Part shown: piece after piece, positions 8,615 to 19,281 of the stretch
Layout: every line of letters begins with the position of its first letter
Position numbering within the stretch: the stretch's first letter is position 1
From: a virus
Direction: 5' to 3' (one strand)
Virus record (IMG/VR): IMGVR_UViG_3300024255_001088
Length of the DNA: 64,000 bases
Made by a program: the position numbers and the translations under genes
The notes under the pieces: model-generated
The model's database searches: none
The model's input: the letters and a program-made list of their open reading frames with translations, nothing else
What the model was told of the DNA's origin: nothing

Positions 8615-8687
8615 GCGGAGTTAGTTTAAAGTAAAACACTTTACTTCCAGTTAAGAGATTCTAGTGCAATTCTAGAACTCCGCTCCA
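8615..8687 (+). tRNA. tRNA-Gly(TCC), non-canonical D/T loops
   Basis: Acceptor GCGGAGT/ACTCCGC, U73, encoded CCA, anticodon loop CT-TCC-AG, T loop TGCAATT; own promoter TTGAAA..TATACT. Confidence 0.85.
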
Positions 8688-8695
8688 ACTTTATT

Positions 8696-9253
8696 ATGGA
8701 GAACGATATGTCTTACCCTTATAACAACGGCATGCTTTGTGTCGGAGATGAATTTCCTTCCTTTGAATTACAAGGAGTTAATTCTAACAATGAGATTGTA
8801 CCGGTCTCAGTAGAAGAGAGTTATACACCACATAAACATGATTGGTCAGTAATTTACTTCTACCCTAAAGACTTTACATTTATTTGTCCTACCGAAATTT
8901 CTGCAATGGATATTTTGACAAGTGAGGCAAATGTGATAGGTATATCTGGCGATAATGAGTTTTGTAAACTTGCATGGAAACAAAGTAATGAGTTGATTGG
9001 AAACATTCAACATACATTAGCTGCAGACTGTGGTCTGTATCTTTCAGAATCTTTGGGCATTATCAACCAAGAAGAAGGAGTCTGTTATAGGGCAACTTTC
9101 ATTGTTGATAAACAAAGAGTCGTACAACATGTATCAGTAAATGCACTAGATACAGGTAGAAATGCAAACGAAGTTTTAAGAACCTTACAGGCACTTAAGG
9201 CGGGTGGTCTAACTGGATGTTCATGGCAACCAGAAGATGATTTTGTAGCATAA
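8696..9253 (+). CDS. ahpC: Peroxiredoxin (AhpC)
   Basis: YFYPKDFTFICPTE, RATFIVD, GRNANEVLR; start may be 8708. Confidence 0.92.
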   Translation: MENDMSYPYNNGMLCVGDEFPSFELQGVNSNNEIVPVSVEESYTPHKHDWSVIYFYPKDFTFICPTEISAMDILTSEANVIGISGDNEFCKLAWKQSNELIGNIQHTLAADCGLYLSESLGIINQEEGVCYRATFIVDKQRVVQHVSVNALDTGRNANEVLRTLQALKAGGLTGCSWQPEDDFVA

Positions 9254-9266
9254 CACAAAAACTCAC

Positions 9267-9310
9267 TAGACAGGAACCCAAGTTCATCGTATAATGGACT
9301 TGGGTTTTTT
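9267..9310 (+). terminator. Intrinsic terminator overlapping a sigma70-type promoter
   Basis: Stem AACCCAAGTTCAT/ATGGACTTGGGTT plus T-run; TAGACA-N17-TATAAT with -10 largely in the loop. Confidence 0.7.
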
Positions 9311-9313
9311 ATT

Positions 9314-10438
9314 ATGTTAATACTTTCAAAACAAGATGCTGAATATGTAGGTCAAATTTTTATTGACTACTATTCCAATTTCGATAGAATAGATGATTAT
9401 CTTCGCAAAGTCAAATTAGAAAAGATGGCAGAAAGACCTGCATCTTTATTTGGTATGGGACCAGAAGATGATATGTTTCAAGACTTTACTATGCACCCAA
9501 ATGATATGGAGTTTGTTTGCAGAGAGATGCCAATCTATGATGATTACATTGACATAGTTGCATCTCAAATGATACAAAAGTCTATACCAGGCAAAACTTT
9601 AAAGTGGGTAGTTTATGAAAAGAATACGAATAAGATTGTGGGATTTATTAGATTTGGCAGCCCTACTATTAATAGTAAACCTCGTAATGAGTTCTTAGGT
9701 AAACCTCTAAATACGACAGACAAAGATACGATGAAGAGATTCAATGATTCTACAATCATGGGTTTCAATATCATACCAACTCAACCTTTTGGTTTCAATT
9801 ATCTAGGTGGTAAACTTCTTGCCGCCATTTGCACTTCGCATTACGCCAGAAGAACATTGAACAAAAAGTATAATACAAAGTATTGTATGTTTGAGACTAC
9901 ATCATTATATGGTTCAAGTAAATCATCATCAATGTATGACGGCATGAAACCTTATCTAAGATTCATTGGTCTAACTGATTCAGACTTTGTACCAAGTATC
10001 AATGATGATAAGTATCATCATCTCAAAGAATGGTTTGAGAATAAAAACAATGGCGTACCTTTAGTAGATGCAGAGGCATCAAGTAGAAAGTTGAAGACAC
10101 AAGGTAAGATGATATCTATTATAAGAAACTCACTTGAGAAAAATGATAGTGAAATGCTAAGACCATTCAAACAATGTTTTGTAGATGCAAAGAATCTTAC
10201 AGAGAGAAAGAGACAATACTTGGGTACATATGGTTATAAGAATGTTAAAGAATACATGAACTCAGAAACAGATACCTTAGAGAAGAATGTAAACTTTGAT
10301 AGATTCGAATTAGAGAATGTAATCACATGGTGGAAAAAGATGGCAACAAAACGATATGAAAATCTACAGAGAGATGGTAGATTAAGAACTGAACTAGAAG
10401 TTTGGTCTAAGAATCAAAACATAGATATTATAAGATGA
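9314..10438 (+). CDS. DUF4338 / DruA-like protein, copy 1
   Basis: PTQPFGFNYLGGKLLA, ETTSLYG motifs. Confidence 0.7.
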   Translation: MLILSKQDAEYVGQIFIDYYSNFDRIDDYLRKVKLEKMAERPASLFGMGPEDDMFQDFTMHPNDMEFVCREMPIYDDYIDIVASQMIQKSIPGKTLKWVVYEKNTNKIVGFIRFGSPTINSKPRNEFLGKPLNTTDKDTMKRFNDSTIMGFNIIPTQPFGFNYLGGKLLAAICTSHYARRTLNKKYNTKYCMFETTSLYGSSKSSSMYDGMKPYLRFIGLTDSDFVPSINDDKYHHLKEWFENKNNGVPLVDAEASSRKLKTQGKMISIIRNSLEKNDSEMLRPFKQCFVDAKNLTERKRQYLGTYGYKNVKEYMNSETDTLEKNVNFDRFELENVITWWKKMATKRYENLQRDGRLRTELEVWSKNQNIDIIR

Positions 10439-10830
10439 AGACAAAAGGATTTACATGCGGATGTTTTGACTTGCTACATGCAGGCCATATCGTCATGTTA
10501 AAAGAGGCAAAAGAAAATTGCGAATATTTAATCGTGGGTTTACAAACAGACCCTAGTATTGATAGACAAGAAAAGAACAAACCTGTTCAATCAGTCTATG
10601 AGAGATTCGTTCAATTGCAGGCAGTAAAGTATGTTGATGAAATCATACCATATGATACTGAACAAAGTCTGATTGACTTACTAGAGTCAACAGATATACA
10701 TTTGAGATTCGTGGGAGAAGATTATACTGAAAGAGATTTCACAGGTAAAGGTATACACGAAATTTATTATACAAACAGACAACACTCTTTTAGTAGTAGT
10801 GGTCTAAGACAAAGGGTGACACAATCATGA
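10435..10830 (+). CDS. TagD-like cytidylyltransferase
   Basis: FDLLHAGH (HxGH), LIVGLQTD, VKYVDEIIPY. Confidence 0.9.
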   Translation: MKTKGFTCGCFDLLHAGHIVMLKEAKENCEYLIVGLQTDPSIDRQEKNKPVQSVYERFVQLQAVKYVDEIIPYDTEQSLIDLLESTDIHLRFVGEDYTERDFTGKGIHEIYYTNRQHSFSSSGLRQRVTQS

Positions 10831-11813
10831 ATATAACAATAGCAAGACTTCGTTCATTTGTAAAATACAATGGACCTTTAGAAACAGTATTAGATAGTTT
10901 CTTTGAAAACTATGTGAAGTGGATGAAATCAAATCCACAACATAATTACGATACTTATAATGTATCATTTGATAATGTCAGACCTAAAAGAACGCCTGAG
11001 ACTATAGAATGGGCAGACTGTATTGTAATACCAAGTGATTCAGAATTCAGATATCATGGTGAGTTGCAGATGAACCCTAAAGACCTTGCAAAGTCAAATG
11101 AACATATGGATGCAATTAGACCTTTCTTTGAGGGTAAACATGTTATCATGTTCTGTAGTGATAGGGCAGATACAGAAGAATTATATATCAATGAAGTATT
11201 CAAAGGTATCAATCTAAAATCATTCACTAAAATCGATGAGATAGATTTCAGTGGAAACATTCACGGCATGAAGTATCACTTTATAAATACTTTAAAAAAC
11301 CCATTGGCCGAAATGGTTGGGTCATCTAAGACTCACGACTTTGGATATTGGGGTCGTATGAAACACGGCCACGATAGAGAGAAGACCATTCGCCAAATTT
11401 ATCGTAGTGACCTTTCATGCCAACTTATTGGTGGTATGCCATCTGGTGTAGAGAGAAAGTCTAAATGGATAAAAGACTGGAAGAAACTCTATCCTTTGTT
11501 AGAAGGTTGTAGAGAAACATTGTGTTTCAATTGGTTAGATGAAACTGCAACCACCTCTAGATATGTTGAGGCACTTGCAATAGGTATTGTACCCTTTGTA
11601 TGGAGAAACTATGATTGCAACAATACATATAGAATTGATAAGTGGCAGAGATGTTATACTTTTGAAGAGTTCTTAGAGAAGTCTTTAGAGTTAAGAGATG
11701 ACTCATTTAGAGAAGCGAAACTAGAAGAGTATAGAAATAACTATGCAGAAGTGCATCTAACAGAAGAAGGTTATTACAAAGAATTCGCAAGGAGAATGGA
11801 CAATGCTTTTTAA
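10827..11813 (+). CDS. GT-B glycosyltransferase, T4 beta-glucosyltransferase-like
   Basis: DFGYWGRMKHGHDREK and TTSRYVEALA resemble T4 BGT DVIYGGSFRSGQRESK and ITLRVWETMA. Confidence 0.6.
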   Translation: MNITIARLRSFVKYNGPLETVLDSFFENYVKWMKSNPQHNYDTYNVSFDNVRPKRTPETIEWADCIVIPSDSEFRYHGELQMNPKDLAKSNEHMDAIRPFFEGKHVIMFCSDRADTEELYINEVFKGINLKSFTKIDEIDFSGNIHGMKYHFINTLKNPLAEMVGSSKTHDFGYWGRMKHGHDREKTIRQIYRSDLSCQLIGGMPSGVERKSKWIKDWKKLYPLLEGCRETLCFNWLDETATTSRYVEALAIGIVPFVWRNYDCNNTYRIDKWQRCYTFEEFLEKSLELRDDSFREAKLEEYRNNYAEVHLTEEGYYKEFARRMDNAF

Positions 11814-12117
11814 AGAAGTATATCAAGTTGTAGAAAGTCCACTTGAAAAAGATGCAGGTATCGAACTTGTAAGTGGTGAGTGGAAAGGTTTAGTATATCA
11901 ATATGGTGATGTACAGTTTGTCGATGGCGAACCTCAAATGAACTTCAAAAGAAATATAAGAAGAATGCCAGAAGGTGCCGAAGGTACAGAGGAGGCAATT
12001 CAGGAATTACTAAATAATAGTGAATTAAACAATCTCATGGGTGACATTCTAGTTGAACTAATCCAAGAGCAAATCAAAAGAGAAGAGGAATCAGAAAATG
12101 GCAAGAGACAATCTTAA
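11803..12117 (+). CDS. Hypothetical phage protein
   Basis: SD AAGGAG; coupled ORF. Confidence 0.7.
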   Translation: MLFKEVYQVVESPLEKDAGIELVSGEWKGLVYQYGDVQFVDGEPQMNFKRNIRRMPEGAEGTEEAIQELLNNSELNNLMGDILVELIQEQIKREEESENGKRQS

Positions 12118-12259
12118 GTTTACAAAAGTAGAAGATGGCGTAACCGTCGGATACTACTTCAATTGTGATGAAGACGACTATGATACATTCAAGGCTGCTA
12201 AAATTGCTGAGGGTTATACATTCGATTCGAATAAAACTCCAGAACCAATTTCAGAGTAA
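12098..12259 (+). CDS. 53-aa hypothetical protein (not in ORF track)
   Basis: MARDNLKFTKVEDG...; GAGGA upstream; fills the gap. Confidence 0.55.
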   Translation: MARDNLKFTKVEDGVTVGYYFNCDEDDYDTFKAAKIAEGYTFDSNKTPEPISE

Positions 12260-12276
12260 TTAATTAGGAATTAATA

Positions 12277-12735
12277 ATGAATAAAGATGTTTTAAAAGAA
12301 CAAATTAAGAGACATGAAGGCGAAGTCCTTGAAGTCTATGAAGATTCTCTAGGGTACTTAACCTTAGGGGTTGGTCATCTTATTAGAGAAGATGATGCAG
12401 AATTTGGAGAACCAGCAGGTACTCCAGTCAGTCAAGAAACTGTCGATAGATACTATGAGGCAGACTTTGACAAACATGTTGATGAAACTATACACCTATT
12501 TGAATCAAAAGGTGGAGAGAATTTCTATGACCTTCCCGAAGACATTCAACATGTACTAGTCAACATGACATTCAACTTAGGTGGAAGTCGTTTTGGTAAG
12601 TTCAACAACATGTGGAAAGGTGTTGTATCATGTGACTGGGAAAAGGTTGCAGTAGAAATGGAAGACTCTAAGTGGTTTGGACAAGTTGGAAGAAGGTCAG
12701 TAGAACTACAAGATATGGTTCGAAATTGTGAATAG
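12277..12735 (+). CDS. Phage lysozyme (GH24)
   Basis: RHEG..VYEDSLGYLTLGVGH (E-D-T triad); VNMTFNLG; SKWFGQVGRR. Confidence 0.92.
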   Translation: MNKDVLKEQIKRHEGEVLEVYEDSLGYLTLGVGHLIREDDAEFGEPAGTPVSQETVDRYYEADFDKHVDETIHLFESKGGENFYDLPEDIQHVLVNMTFNLGGSRFGKFNNMWKGVVSCDWEKVAVEMEDSKWFGQVGRRSVELQDMVRNCE

Positions 12736-13018
12736 TGTCAAGTGTATCAGACTAGATACAGGTGAAGTTCTGATTGGATTTGTAGAGAAGAAGTGGAATG
12801 GAGATTATATAATCTCAGAAGCTCAAGTATGTGTAATGGAGGTAAAAGATGGAACTATGGAAGTCAATTTGGCGCCGTGGATTCCCTTTGCCAAAGATTA
12901 CACCTTCACAATCAATAGCGGTCTCATACAGACGGTGTTTGAAGCAAAGCCCCAACTCGAAACTAATTTTAAAGTTGCGACAGGTAACAACCTCCAAAGA
13001 GGCAAAGTAAGAAAATAA
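12728..13018 (+). CDS. Hypothetical protein, Sm-like fold candidate
   Basis: VKCIRLDTGEVLIG...LAPWIPFA. Confidence 0.65.
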   Translation: MNSVKCIRLDTGEVLIGFVEKKWNGDYIISEAQVCVMEVKDGTMEVNLAPWIPFAKDYTFTINSGLIQTVFEAKPQLETNFKVATGNNLQRGKVRK

Positions 13019-13020
13019 TT

Positions 13021-13257
13021 ATGGTAGACTTTATGAATAGAGTTCTCGTTGCACAGGTCAAACAGGCCGATGCTCAGATTGAGAAACACAAAATAAATAT
13101 TGAAGTATTAACAAAGAACGCAGTTGGTGTCGCAGAACATCCTGACACAATGGAAACAGTAGAGAAAGAACTAGAAAAGATTTCATACTGGACAGATATT
13201 AAGTCAGCAGTTGTTAATAATTTCGACTTCGAATCTAAAAGAACATTGACAGAATAG
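13021..13257 (+). CDS. Hypothetical phage protein
   Basis: NAVGVAEHPD motif; helical. Confidence 0.7.
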   Translation: MVDFMNRVLVAQVKQADAQIEKHKINIEVLTKNAVGVAEHPDTMETVEKELEKISYWTDIKSAVVNNFDFESKRTLTE

Positions 13258-13274
13258 ACCTACTGTAGTATACT
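13246..13274 (+). promoter_or_regulatory. sigma70-type promoter of DNA polymerase
   Basis: TTGACA-N17-TATACT; ATG 6 nt downstream. Confidence 0.75.
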
Positions 13275-13280
13275 TACAGT

Positions 13281-15788
13281 ATGGATTTTTACACAAATGT
13301 ATGTCGCACTCGTGACAAAATATTAGCGATTGGTTATCAGAACGGAAAGAAACAAAAACTTTCCGTATCTTATCGTCCAAATCATTTCATTCCCTCAAAG
13401 AAAAGCGCTACGCCTTACAAGGCACTTGACGGCAGACCACTAGATGTAGTCAACTTAGACTCAATGGGTGGTGCAAGAAAGTTCAAAGAAAAGTATCAAG
13501 GCATAGACGGTTTCGAAGTTCATGGTTACGATAGATATGTATACACTTACATATCAGATAAGTTTCCTGGCAAGATAGACTTTGATGCAAGTGCAATCAA
13601 AATTGCCACACTTGATATTGAGTGTGAATCAGAAAATGGTTTTCCAGAACCAGGCGAAGCAATAGAAAAGGTCAACGCAATCTCAATCAAACCATTCGGT
13701 AAGTCTTGTGTTGTATTTGGTCTAGGTGAATGGGAAACAGAATCAGATGTAATTTATGTCAACTGTAAGAACGAAGCACAACTACTAACAGAGTTTATCA
13801 AGTATTGGCGCCAAGAGTGGTTCGACATCATTACTGGTTGGAATGTAGATGCATTTGACATGACTTATCTTTGCAATCGTATTGATAGATTGTTCGGTGA
13901 AGATGCACACAAAAAATTATCACCATGGAATATGTCTTCTAGTAGAGAGTTTTTACAGAATGGTTATCAGAAGACTCAGATATTTGACCTCTATGGCGTC
14001 AACATCGTAGACTACTTAGAACTATATCGTAGGTCTACTTTTCATAACCAAGAGTCATACAAACTAGATTACATCGCTCACTTTGAATTGGGTAAGAAGA
14101 AACTAGATTATTCAGAGTATGGTTCATTACATACCTTATACAAAAACAATTATGCAAAGTACTTAGAGTATAATGTTAAAGATGTTGTTCTCGTAGAAGA
14201 ACTAGAAGACAAACTAGGTTTCTTAGACTTGACACAGGCAATGGCATATGATGCCAAGTGTAATTACATTGACACATTCGGCATGGTCAAGTATTGGGAA
14301 ACAATCATCTACAACTTCTTAAAAGAACAAGGAGTTCAAACGCCACCTCAAAAACGAAATGAGAACAAGACGAATCAGATTGCAGGTGCCTATGTTAAAG
14401 AACCAATCACTGGTGGTCATAATTGGGTTATGTCATTTGACTTGAACTCTCTATATCCTCATTTGATTATGCAGTGGAATATTTCACCAGAGAAAATGAT
14501 TAAGGGTCATAGACAAGATACGAATGTAGAATTGATGTTGCACAAGAAAGTAGACTTATCTATTGCTAAGAAGATGAACGCTACAGTCGCACCCAATGGT
14601 GTAATGTTCACACGAGATAAACAAGGTTTCTTTCCTGAGATTATGGAAGTCATGTACGATGAGCGTAAGGCATGGAAGAAAAAGATGATTGAGTATCAGA
14701 AAGTTAAAGAGAAGACTTCTGACCCTAAAGAGATTAAGAAACTAGATACTCTTATTAAGAGGGCATACAACAACCAACAAGTAAGAAAGATTGCACTTAA
14801 CTCAGCATATGGTTCTATGGCAAATCAGTGGTTTGCTTTCTTTGACCCAAATCTTGCAGAGGCAATTACTTATTCTGGTCAGTTAGTTATCAAATGGTCA
14901 GAGAAGATAGTCAACGAATATCTAAACAAGATACTTAAAACAGACAATGAAGATTATGTCATTGCAATGGATACTGATTCAATTTATCTCACAATGGATA
15001 AATTTGTAGAAACAGTTATGCCTGGCGAAACAGACAAAGACAAGATATGTGATTTCTTATCTAAGGCAGAGTCTAAGATAGAAGATGTACTTGATGCAGG
15101 TTTCGAAGACCTTGCAGATTACACCAATGCATATCAACAGAAAATGGAAATGGGTCGTGAAGTAATTGCAGACAAAGGTATCTGGACTGCAAAGAAAAGA
15201 TATATTCTAAATGTATTTGACAATGAGGGTGTTAGACTAGAAACACCAAAACTCAAACTCATGGGTATTGAGACTGCAAAGTCATCAACGCCTTTGTGGG
15301 TAAGACGAAGATTAGAAGATGCAATTAAGATTGTGATGCGAGGTGATGAACAGCAACTATGGGACTTTGTAGAAACTGCAAGAAAAGAATTCAGAGAATT
15401 ACCTCCAGAAGATGTTGCATTCCCTAGAGGATGCAAAGGTATGATTCAGTATGCAGACCCTACTCACATCTATGGCAAGGGTACACCAATTCATGTCAGA
15501 GGTTCATTACTATTCAATCATAGACTTAAAGAAATGAATCTACTGAAGAGATATGAACCTATTCAAAACGGTGAGAAGATTCACTTTACATATCTCACTA
15601 TGCCTAACCCTATCAATGAGAATGTGATATCATTTACAAACTCATTGCCAAAAGAATTTGATTTACATAGATTTGTAGATTATGATTTGCAGTTTGATAA
15701 ATCATTTATCGAACCATTACGAAATATTATAGGACATATCAACTGGAATGTAGAACCAGTTGCTAGTTTAGACTCCTTTTTTGGATAA
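13281..15788 (+). CDS. 43: Family B DNA polymerase (T4 gp43)
   Basis: DIECE exonuclease, SFDLNSLYP, KIALNSAYG, MDTDS, KKRY, C-terminal clamp motif SLDSFF. Confidence 0.97.
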   Translation: MDFYTNVCRTRDKILAIGYQNGKKQKLSVSYRPNHFIPSKKSATPYKALDGRPLDVVNLDSMGGARKFKEKYQGIDGFEVHGYDRYVYTYISDKFPGKIDFDASAIKIATLDIECESENGFPEPGEAIEKVNAISIKPFGKSCVVFGLGEWETESDVIYVNCKNEAQLLTEFIKYWRQEWFDIITGWNVDAFDMTYLCNRIDRLFGEDAHKKLSPWNMSSSREFLQNGYQKTQIFDLYGVNIVDYLELYRRSTFHNQESYKLDYIAHFELGKKKLDYSEYGSLHTLYKNNYAKYLEYNVKDVVLVEELEDKLGFLDLTQAMAYDAKCNYIDTFGMVKYWETIIYNFLKEQGVQTPPQKRNENKTNQIAGAYVKEPITGGHNWVMSFDLNSLYPHLIMQWNISPEKMIKGHRQDTNVELMLHKKVDLSIAKKMNATVAPNGVMFTRDKQGFFPEIMEVMYDERKAWKKKMIEYQKVKEKTSDPKEIKKLDTLIKRAYNNQQVRKIALNSAYGSMANQWFAFFDPNLAEAITYSGQLVIKWSEKIVNEYLNKILKTDNEDYVIAMDTDSIYLTMDKFVETVMPGETDKDKICDFLSKAESKIEDVLDAGFEDLADYTNAYQQKMEMGREVIADKGIWTAKKRYILNVFDNEGVRLETPKLKLMGIETAKSSTPLWVRRRLEDAIKIVMRGDEQQLWDFVETARKEFRELPPEDVAFPRGCKGMIQYADPTHIYGKGTPIHVRGSLLFNHRLKEMNLLKRYEPIQNGEKIHFTYLTMPNPINENVISFTNSLPKEFDLHRFVDYDLQFDKSFIEPLRNIIGHINWNVEPVASLDSFFG

Positions 15789-15796
15789 ATAACTCT

Positions 15797-16219
15797 ATGG
15801 CATACTCAAAAAAAGTAGTCGATAGATTCGAAGAAGTCTTAAACAATCCATCAAAACATGGAGTCGGAAGATTCGACCCAAATGACCCAAATGTAGTTAC
15901 CGGTTTAGCTGGTGCACCTGCATGTGGTGATGTAATGAAATTAGATTTGAAAGTAAATCCTGATACTGAAGTTATTGAAGATGTTAAATTTAAAACATAT
16001 GGGTGTGGTTCTGCTATTGCAAGTTCATCTTTATTCGTAGAACTCTTAATGGGTAAAACCATGACTGAGGCACAACTGATTAAAGATAAAGAAATTGCAG
16101 ATGCATTAGAACTACCGCCAATCAAATTGCATTGTTCTGTTCTTGCAGAAGATTCTATAAGAAAAGCACTAAACGATTGGGCAGAAAAAACTGCACATAG
16201 AAAACATAATCAGGAATAA
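15797..16219 (+). CDS. iscU: Fe-S cluster scaffold IscU
   Basis: GAPACGDVM, FKTYGCGSAIASS, LPPIKLHC. Confidence 0.95.
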   Translation: MAYSKKVVDRFEEVLNNPSKHGVGRFDPNDPNVVTGLAGAPACGDVMKLDLKVNPDTEVIEDVKFKTYGCGSAIASSSLFVELLMGKTMTEAQLIKDKEIADALELPPIKLHCSVLAEDSIRKALNDWAEKTAHRKHNQE

Positions 16220-16222
16220 AAA

Positions 16223-16663
16223 ATGTATAGATATAAAGTAAACATAGTAAAGGTAGTCGATGGTGATACAGTAGATGTAGATATTGATTTAGGATTTGGC
16301 ATGGTGTATAAAAAACAGAGAGTAAGACTGTTAGGCATTGATACTCCTGAAAGCCGAACAAGAGACTTAGTAGAAAAGAAATTTGGTAAGGCATCTAAAA
16401 AACATCTTAAAACAATTTTAGAAGAAGCAGAGTCAATTGAACTAGTATCACATGATAAAGGTAAGTTTGGAAGAATCTTAGGAGATTTATTCATTGGTTC
16501 AAATGAAACATCTGTAAATCAACAGATGATAAATGACCACCATGCAGTCGCATATACAGGTGGCAATAAAGAAGAAACTGAAGCTGGTCACATGGCAAAC
16601 AGAGAAGTATTACTAGAACAAGGTGTTGTAGTTTTAGAGACACAATCAGAGTTAGAACTATGA
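16223..16663 (+). CDS. Thermonuclease (SNase-like)
   Basis: VVDGDT, RVRLLGIDTPE, GKFGRILG. Confidence 0.88.
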   Translation: MYRYKVNIVKVVDGDTVDVDIDLGFGMVYKKQRVRLLGIDTPESRTRDLVEKKFGKASKKHLKTILEEAESIELVSHDKGKFGRILGDLFIGSNETSVNQQMINDHHAVAYTGGNKEETEAGHMANREVLLEQGVVVLETQSELEL

Positions 16664-16836
16664 CAATCCATGAAATGGATATATTTTACATGATTATGAT
16701 TGCAATCATATTTGGTTTTATAATTCATTTAGAAACTCAATGTAAAATGATACTAGAAATTTTAGAACAACAATCTAAATACCAAAGTTGTCGTGAAGAC
16801 TTTCCAGAATTAGAAGAAAACCTACTAGACAAATAA
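16660..16836 (+). CDS. Small TM protein (not in ORF track)
   Basis: ATGA coupling; 58 aa with N-terminal TM. Confidence 0.55.
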   Translation: MTIHEMDIFYMIMIAIIFGFIIHLETQCKMILEILEQQSKYQSCREDFPELEENLLDK

Positions 16837-16887
16837 CACATCTTCTAGTATACTAGATTAGTATATTACATATTATGGAGAAGTGAA

Positions 16888-17943
16888 ATGTCATTTATAA
16901 AAGATTTAGTCAAAGCATCAGGCAATGAATACGCAGGAGTAGTTTCCGATGGCGTCAATGCTGGTGATGTAGATTCATTCGTAGATAGTGGGTCGTACAT
17001 ATTTAATGCTTTGCTGAGTGGGTCACTATATGGTGGTCTACCCAAAAACAAAATCACCGCAATCGCTGGTGAATCAGCAACAGGTAAAACTTTCTTTGCA
17101 TTGGGAATGGTAAAACAATTCCTTGCAGATAATCCTGAATCTGCTGTTATCTACTTTGAGTCAGAGTCCGCAATCAGTAAAGCAATGATTGAAGAAAGGG
17201 GCATAGACTCAGATAGAATTGTTATCGTGCCTGTGGTAACAGTACAAGAATTCAGAAATCAGGCAATCAATATTCTCGACAAGTACTTAGAGACACCAAA
17301 GGATGAAAGACCTCCGATGATGTTTTGTTTAGACTCACTTGGTATGTTATCAACTACCAAAGAGATACAAGATACTGCTGACGGAAAAGAAACCAAAGAC
17401 ATGACTCGTGCCCAAATTACTAAGGGTGCATTTAGAGTATTAACTTTAAAACTAGGTCGTGCAGGTGTTCCAATGATTGTGACTAATCATACATATGATG
17501 TGATTGGTTCTATGTTTCCTCAGAAAGAAATGGGTGGGGGTAGTGGTCTCAAGTATGCCGCTAGTTCAATCATTTATCTTTCAAAAAGAAAAGAAAAAGA
17601 GGGTACAGAAATCATTGGAAATATTATACACTGTAAGAACGCCAAATCAAGATTGACTGTAGAAAATAGAATGGTCGATGTAAGATTAACATATGACTCA
17701 GGCTTAGATAGATACTATGGTCTGCTAGACATGGCACTTGCAAGTGGTGTATTCCAGAAGTCAAGTACAAGGGTGTTATTACCAAATGGCAAAACAGAAT
17801 TTGGTAAAACAATTAACAACAATCCCGAAAAGTATTTCACTCCAGATGTAATGGAGAGATTAGAAAAAGTCGCAAACAATTATTTTAAGTATGGAAGCAA
17901 TGAGAATAGAACAGACAATCCTGAAGAACCTGATTCAGAGTGA
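16888..17943 (+). CDS. uvsX: RecA-like recombinase UvsX
   Basis: [27 protein letters not shown]. Confidence 0.95.
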   Translation: MSFIKDLVKASGNEYAGVVSDGVNAGDVDSFVDSGSYIFNALLSGSLYGGLPKNKITAIAGESATGKTFFALGMVKQFLADNPESAVIYFESESAISKAMIEERGIDSDRIVIVPVVTVQEFRNQAINILDKYLETPKDERPPMMFCLDSLGMLSTTKEIQDTADGKETKDMTRAQITKGAFRVLTLKLGRAGVPMIVTNHTYDVIGSMFPQKEMGGGSGLKYAASSIIYLSKRKEKEGTEIIGNIIHCKNAKSRLTVENRMVDVRLTYDSGLDRYYGLLDMALASGVFQKSSTRVLLPNGKTEFGKTINNNPEKYFTPDVMERLEKVANNYFKYGSNENRTDNPEEPDSE

Positions 17944-19279
17944 ACAGTTTACACGAAAAGTAATTCCTTTTCTTAAACCTGAGTACTTTGCCGATTCATC
18001 TGAGCAGTTGGTGTATGACGAGATAAAATCTTATTTCGAAAAATACACCAAGAGCCCAACACTCGAAGCACTTCTCATAAACCTAGACAATGATACATCT
18101 CATTCAGAGAATATCATTACAGGTTGTAAAGAGTTGTTGGGCTCAATGCCAGAAGAAGAGACACCAATAGATTGGTTAGTAGATGAAACAGAGAAGTGGT
18201 GCAAAGATAGAGCAATCTATATTGCAGTCATGGATTCAATCGAAGTCATTGATAAGAAGTCGCAAAGGTCTACAGGTGAGATACCAGAACTATTGAAAGA
18301 TGCATTGTCAGTATCATTTGACCAACACATTGGTCATGATGTATTAGAAGATGCAGAAGAGAGGTGGGAGTTCTACAATACAGAAGAAGAGAAACTTCCG
18401 TTTGACTTAGAATACTTCAACAAGATTACCAAAGGTGGTTTACCCAATAAGACATTAAACATTTGTCTCGCAGGTACTGGTGTTGGTAAATCTTTATTCA
18501 TGTGTCACATGGCTGCAAGTGCATTGATGATGAACAAGAATGTACTTTATATTACACTTGAAATGTCAGAAGAAAGAATTGCAGAGAGAATCGATGCAAA
18601 CATCATGAATGTTCCTATGCAAGATTTACCAGAGATGTCTAAGAAAGAGTATGGCAAGAAGATTGGCAGACTCAAATCTAAGACTCAAGGTAGACTTATC
18701 GTAAAAGAATATCCTACTGCATCTGCTCATGCAGGTCACTTCAGACATCTATTACAAGAACTTGAAATCAAGAAAGACTTTAAACCAGATATCATATTCA
18801 TTGACTATCTAAACATATGTGCATCTCAGAGAATTAGACCAGGTGCTGGTGCAAACTCTTATACATTAGTTAAGAGTATTGCAGAAGAACTTAGGGGTGT
18901 TGCAGTTGAATACGATGTGCCTATCATGAGTGCAACTCAAACTACAAGAAGTGGTTTTGGTTCTACAGATGTTGGTCTAGAAGATACATCTGAATCATTT
19001 GGGTTACCTGCAACCGCTGACTTAATGTTTGCACTGATTACATCTGAAGAACTAGAAGAGTTAGACCAACTCGTAGTGAAACAGTTGAAGAACAGATACA
19101 ATGACCCAACAATCTTTAAGAGATTTGTTATTGGTGTCGATAGGGCAAGAATGAAACTCTATGATGTAGAACAAGAAGCACAAGAAGAATTAGTAGATGG
19201 CGAAATGTTAATCGATGATAGTATACCTGTCGCTGATAGGGCAAGACCTTCAACCAAGTTCAACGATTTTAATATGTAA
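17891..19279 (+). CDS. 41: Replicative helicase (T4 gp41)
   Basis: [31 protein letters not shown]. Confidence 0.96.
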   Translation: MEAMRIEQTILKNLIQSEQFTRKVIPFLKPEYFADSSEQLVYDEIKSYFEKYTKSPTLEALLINLDNDTSHSENIITGCKELLGSMPEEETPIDWLVDETEKWCKDRAIYIAVMDSIEVIDKKSQRSTGEIPELLKDALSVSFDQHIGHDVLEDAEERWEFYNTEEEKLPFDLEYFNKITKGGLPNKTLNICLAGTGVGKSLFMCHMAASALMMNKNVLYITLEMSEERIAERIDANIMNVPMQDLPEMSKKEYGKKIGRLKSKTQGRLIVKEYPTASAHAGHFRHLLQELEIKKDFKPDIIFIDYLNICASQRIRPGAGANSYTLVKSIAEELRGVAVEYDVPIMSATQTTRSGFGSTDVGLEDTSESFGLPATADLMFALITSEELEELDQLVVKQLKNRYNDPTIFKRFVIGVDRARMKLYDVEQEAQEELVDGEMLIDDSIPVADRARPSTKFNDFNM

Positions 19280-19281
19280 TT

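Noticed and set aside
13281-15788. Intron or intein in DNA polymerase (also checked nrdA, nrdB, gp41, uvsX)
   Set aside because: Continuous ORFs of normal length with no splicing motifs
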